Shown in pieces: positions 22,766 through 24,000 of a stretch of 24,000 bases of DNA. Source of the stretch: Candidatus Heimdallarchaeota archaeon (GTDB lineage: Archaea; Asgardarchaeota; Heimdallarchaeia; Heimdallarchaeales; Heimdallarchaeaceae); contig DAOVET010000015.1 of assembly GCA_030668825.1 (NCBI GenBank), forward strand, positions 135-24,134, written 5' to 3'. The notes beneath the pieces were generated by a model that was not told where the DNA came from, did not search any database, and worked only from the letters and a program-made list of their open reading frames with translations. Made by a program: the position numbers and the translations under genes. Every line of letters starts with the position of its first letter. Position 1 is the stretch's first letter.

Positions 22766-23164
22766 GTGACTGAATTTAAAAAAAGGCATCTGCTGTTGAT
22801 TTATGGTTCTGCCTATGTTATAATTGCTTTTATCTTAACTTTTCTCTTCACAGCAATTATTGGAGATTGGACATTTCGTGGTTTCATATTGAACTTCAGT
22901 ATGTGGGGGATTATTTGGATTGTTTCAATGTTTGGTTATCCAATGTTCTTTTTAGATGCAGACCCCACAACTCTTTCAATTGATCCAGCTTTTTCCGTAC
23001 TAGCTTATTTCGTAATTATAGCTGGTTTATTTATAACATATCAACTTCATGTAAAAACCATTGAGAATAAACTGAGTAAAGAACTATCTATAGGCAAGAT
23101 ACTAAATTTGTATTTTCCAATTAAGAAAAAATCAGCTACTGAAACTGGGGGTAATAAGAAATGA
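22766..23164 (+). CDS. Hypothetical integral membrane protein (about 3-4 TM)
   Basis: 132-aa ORF (GTG start) with hydrophobic segments LLLIYGSAYVIIAFILTFLFTAII, FSMWGIIWIVSMFGYPMFF and FSVLAYFVIIAGLFITY. The stop overlaps the next gene start (ATGA). Confidence 0.55.
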   Translation: MTEFKKRHLLLIYGSAYVIIAFILTFLFTAIIGDWTFRGFILNFSMWGIIWIVSMFGYPMFFLDADPTTLSIDPAFSVLAYFVIIAGLFITYQLHVKTIENKLSKELSIGKILNLYFPIKKKSATETGGNKK

Positions 23165-23757
23165 AGCACGATTATCGAATCTTCTCCAAAAACGTCTATG
23201 GTATAATATCTGCACTAATTTGGTTGCTTACAACCTTTATTTTTGCAATAGATATAATTCATTATTTCAAGCTTTATTCTCATATTAACAGTTACAAAGT
23301 GACAGCTCTAACTCATCATTATGACCTCAGTCCAGCAATGACAATAACTTTGATCCTGGCTATAAGTTTCGTTGTTGGGAGTTTAGTTTTCCTTGGAAAT
23401 CTTGTTCTCTTATCATATATAAAACTGAAAAAATACTATACATTTGCACTTCCATTAATAACAATCATTCTGGTTCTAGCGATAATCCTACCATTGACAA
23501 ATTACACACTTGATATTATGCTTGATTTTAATTTTCAAAGACCGATTACTAATTTCCATTTTTTTAGGGTTAGATTAGATTCAGGGTTTCCGAGAGTTAT
23601 TCTTGAAACATTATCCAATGATATCTATCTACACTTATATCGAAATCTACCACTTGACTATGCAATTTTCTGGTTGCAAATTATATTCCCTGTGATAGCA
23701 TCTGTTTTCCAATTCCTAGGAATTAAAAAAACTGAAAAGGATGAAAAGGAAAAGTAA
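23161..23757 (+). CDS. Hypothetical integral membrane protein (about 5 TM)
   Basis: 198-aa ORF with multiple hydrophobic helices, translationally coupled to the preceding membrane ORF. Lys/Glu-rich tail. Confidence 0.6.
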   Translation: MKHDYRIFSKNVYGIISALIWLLTTFIFAIDIIHYFKLYSHINSYKVTALTHHYDLSPAMTITLILAISFVVGSLVFLGNLVLLSYIKLKKYYTFALPLITIILVLAIILPLTNYTLDIMLDFNFQRPITNFHFFRVRLDSGFPRVILETLSNDIYLHLYRNLPLDYAIFWLQIIFPVIASVFQFLGIKKTEKDEKEK

Positions 23758-23780
23758 CAATTCCATTTTCCTTTTCTTTC

Positions 23781-24000
23781 ATGTCAGATGAAAAACTTAA
23801 TCTAATCATTTTTTTACAGAATCATGTGTCATTCAAAATAGGTTTTCTAGTTAATCCTATTGCAGGAATAGGTGGAAAGAAAGGCTGGAAAGGAACTGAT
23901 TTAATTGAAGATGCATGGGAGTATTTTGAGGGTGGGGAGAAATATTCCTTTGAAAGAGTGAAAAAAGCACTCTCTTCATTATCGTCCTCGTTACCTCTTA
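23781..24000 (+). CDS. ATP-NAD kinase-like family protein (5' partial, runs off window end)
   Basis: An open frame from ATG 23781, MSDEKLNLIIFLQNHVSFKIGFLVNPIAGIGGKKGWKGTDLIEDAWEY..., contains the LVNPIAG(M/I)GG..G.KGTD motif I associate with the archaeal predicted NAD-kinase-like family. No stop before the window end, so it is not in the ORF track. Confidence 0.5.
   Translation, partial: MSDEKLNLIIFLQNHVSFKIGFLVNPIAGIGGKKGWKGTDLIEDAWEYFEGGEKYSFERVKKALSSLSSSLPL

Noticed and set aside
1-24000. Eukaryotic contamination as the source of the ESCRT/ubiquitin/GTPase genes
   Set aside because: The genes are intronless, tightly packed and overlapping (ATGA junctions), and preceded by GGTG/GAGG ribosome-binding sites. 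They are interleaved on the same contiguous sequence with archaeal A-ATPase, ApgM and wHTH genes. The proteins are also clearly divergent from eukaryotic orthologs.
1-24000. Scan for tRNA/rRNA genes, CRISPR repeats, IS elements or transposases, and long terminal or direct repeats
   Set aside because: I recognised no conserved tRNA T-arm or anticodon-arm pattern, no regularly spaced repeats, no transposase- or integrase-like ORF and no long repeats. Only short local palindromes and oligo-A/T tracts are present.

Overview
AT-rich, gene-dense, intron-free prokaryotic DNA with short or overlapping intergenic junctions and GGTG/GAGG-type ribosome-binding sites. Archaeal housekeeping genes are present: A-type ATP synthase subunits I, C and K, archaeal cofactor-independent phosphoglycerate mutase, an aminotransferase and an EamA transporter. 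The centre of the window (about 11.6-19.0 kb) is a compact cluster of eukaryote-type membrane-remodelling and ubiquitin genes. On the + strand it encodes two ESCRT-III paralogs (one Vps2/24/46-like, one Vps20/32/60-like), Vps4 (MIT + AAA) and Vps25. Converging on the - strand are a ubiquitin-like protein ending in GG-L, an E1-like activating enzyme, a fused UEV (E2 variant)-stalk-Vps28 protein, a small helical ORF and a Vps22/36-like EAP30 protein. Other eukaryotic-signature genes lie nearby: a Ras/Rab-like small GTPase with a tightly coupled partner ORF, a Roadblock/LC7 protein, a PDCD5-like protein and a zinc-finger/coiled-coil/PH-like protein. By established knowledge this content matches the ubiquitin-coupled ESCRT system described for Asgard (Lokiarchaeota-like) archaea. 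The lineage assignment is my inference from gene content and AT-richness. Further observations: a complete tandem duplication of the cytoplasmic N-terminal domain of ATPase subunit I, a scrambled A-ATPase gene order, two genes broken by single-nucleotide frameshifts, and a hairpin-rich divergent intergenic region. I recognised no rRNA, tRNA, CRISPR array or transposase.
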